A stretch of 64,000 nt of DNA from an uncultured delta proteobacterium. Its GTDB lineage: Bacteria > Desulfobacterota > Binatia > Binatales > Binataceae. The stretch is taken from assembly GCA_963724765.1 (NCBI GenBank), contig CAVRVY010000003.1:1120001-1184000 (forward strand). The letters run 5' to 3'. The notes below the pieces were generated by a model that saw only the letters and a list, made by a program, of their open reading frames with translations, did not search any database and had not been told where the DNA came from. A program made the translations under genes and the position numbers. Each line of letters starts with the position of its first letter. The stretch's first letter is position 1. Below are positions 62,788-64,000 of this stretch, one piece after another.

Positions 62788-63441
62788 ATGGCGCCGCAAA
62801 CCGCCGCCGTGGGACTGAGCTTCACCGAAACCATGAAGGGCTTTGTGCAAAAGGACGCCGCGCCCGCCTCTCAAGAAGACATCGCCGCCTACATCGCGGC
62901 CGAGCGCGCCGGCCAGCAGGCCAACACCTACATGGAGTTCACGCTGACGATCGCGATGCCGAACCTCGACCAGTTCCTGGCCGACCCCGCGCATCCGGGA
63001 ATCGCCAACGGCACCGTGCGCGTCGACGGCTTCACCGGCCCCGCCGGCGTGCCGACCAGCGATGGCCTTTTCAACCTTTTCGTCGATAGCAGCCGCCTGT
63101 ACGAGCGCCGGATGCTTTACGCGCTGCCGTTTGTTGGCGCGGACGGCCAGCCCTACCTGCTCGACGGCTTCAAGCAAGTGCGCGACGACGGCAGCTTCGA
63201 CGTCTGGAGCGCGACTTCGACGCTGTACACGGTGATCCGCGCCGGTCACGACCACACTGGTCCGGTGATGGCGTGCGGCATCCTGCACATCCTGGTCGCC
63301 GACTTCGTGCAACAGCTCGGGACCTTTACGGTCTCGGGCACCGATGATCCCGCGCGCAAGGCGGCGGCGCTCGCGCAGTTTGGGCGGATGTTCATGGGCA
63401 CGCTGTGGGACGTGTTCGTGCGGCCGCGGCTCTCGCTGTGA
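62788..63441 (+). CDS. Cholesterol-oxidase-associated beta domain (usually fused to GMC enzymes)
   Basis: GLSFTETMKG...FNLF...MLYALPF..DGQPYLLDGFK...W..TSTLY; AGGAGG RBS. Confidence 0.8.
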   Translation: MAPQTAAVGLSFTETMKGFVQKDAAPASQEDIAAYIAAERAGQQANTYMEFTLTIAMPNLDQFLADPAHPGIANGTVRVDGFTGPAGVPTSDGLFNLFVDSSRLYERRMLYALPFVGADGQPYLLDGFKQVRDDGSFDVWSATSTLYTVIRAGHDHTGPVMACGILHILVADFVQQLGTFTVSGTDDPARKAAALAQFGRMFMGTLWDVFVRPRLSL

Positions 63442-63500
63442 TGCCGATGACGCGCGCGCGAACCAATCGGCTGCGCAATGACGCATGGAGGTGAAGCGCG

Positions 63501-64000
63501 ATGGGTCTACCGGCAGTTGAAAATTATACCACCACGACGCCCGACGGCGTGGAGCTACGGCTCGCGCGCTACCGCGGCGGCATCAAGGGTCCGGTGATCA
63601 TCGTGCATGGCGCGGGCGTGTGGAGCGGGATGTTCCTGCTGCCGACGGTCGACGAGCATTTCATCCAGTACCTGATGAACAACGGCTACGACGCCTGGCT
63701 GCTGGATTGGCGCGCGAGCCTCCAGTTGCCGCTTCGCCAGTTCACGCTGGACCAGGCGGCGGAGAACGATTTTCCCGCCGCGATCGCCTTCATCCGCGAG
63801 CGCACGCGCGCGGATTCGGTGCAGGCGGTGGTGCATTGCGCGGGCGCGAGCGCGTTCTTCATGGCGCTGGCGGCAGGGTATCTTCCGGACGTGCGCTGCG
63901 TCTCGTGCTCGCAAATAGCGCTGCACTACGCGGCGCCGCCGGCCACCGAGATAAAGTGCATGCTCAACCTGGGCGACGTGTTCGCGGACCTTGGCGTGGA
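63501..64000 (+). CDS. Alpha/beta hydrolase-fold protein, partial
   Basis: Manual translation: MGLPAVENY...DGVELRLARYRGGIKGPVIIVHG...GYDAWLLDWRAS...VVHCAG; GGAGGTG RBS. Confidence 0.85.
   Translation, partial: MGLPAVENYTTTTPDGVELRLARYRGGIKGPVIIVHGAGVWSGMFLLPTVDEHFIQYLMNNGYDAWLLDWRASLQLPLRQFTLDQAAENDFPAAIAFIRERTRADSVQAVVHCAGASAFFMALAAGYLPDVRCVSCSQIALHYAAPPATEIKCMLNLGDVFADLGV

Overview
High-GC core chromosome segment of a Deltaproteobacteria-like bacterium. Gene content and order suggest Candidatus Binatota/Binatia (inference). It holds about 60 mostly housekeeping CDSs. Main blocks: def, msrB, bioF-bioA-bioD, smc-ftsY-zapB-zapA-(6S RNA slot)-ygfA-rny, RNase E/G, trxB, ispE-tRNA-Gln-prs-rplY-dnaE, and rpsB-tsf-pyrH-frr-uppS-cdsA-rseP-tsaB-ilvN-ilvC-psd-pssA-leuA-leuB-usg-truA-HU. 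Also present are rho, rluD, leuC/leuD, a GMC oxidoreductase/hydrolase cluster and four tRNAs. I see no integrase, transposase, prophage or CRISPR array. The notable signals are mostly outside the ORF track: (1) a complete, apparently leaderless leucine attenuator before leuA; (2) a 169-nt array of four back-to-back long hairpins between rplY and dnaE; (3) a decaying biotin operon with a 40-codon bioB relic and a frameshifted bioF; (4) mini-ORF or RBS scars where dxr and leuCD are often found; (5) a divergent pair of repeat proteins inserted between leuC and leuD; (6) pervasive short tandem micro-duplications. No single novel system can be proven from sequence alone.
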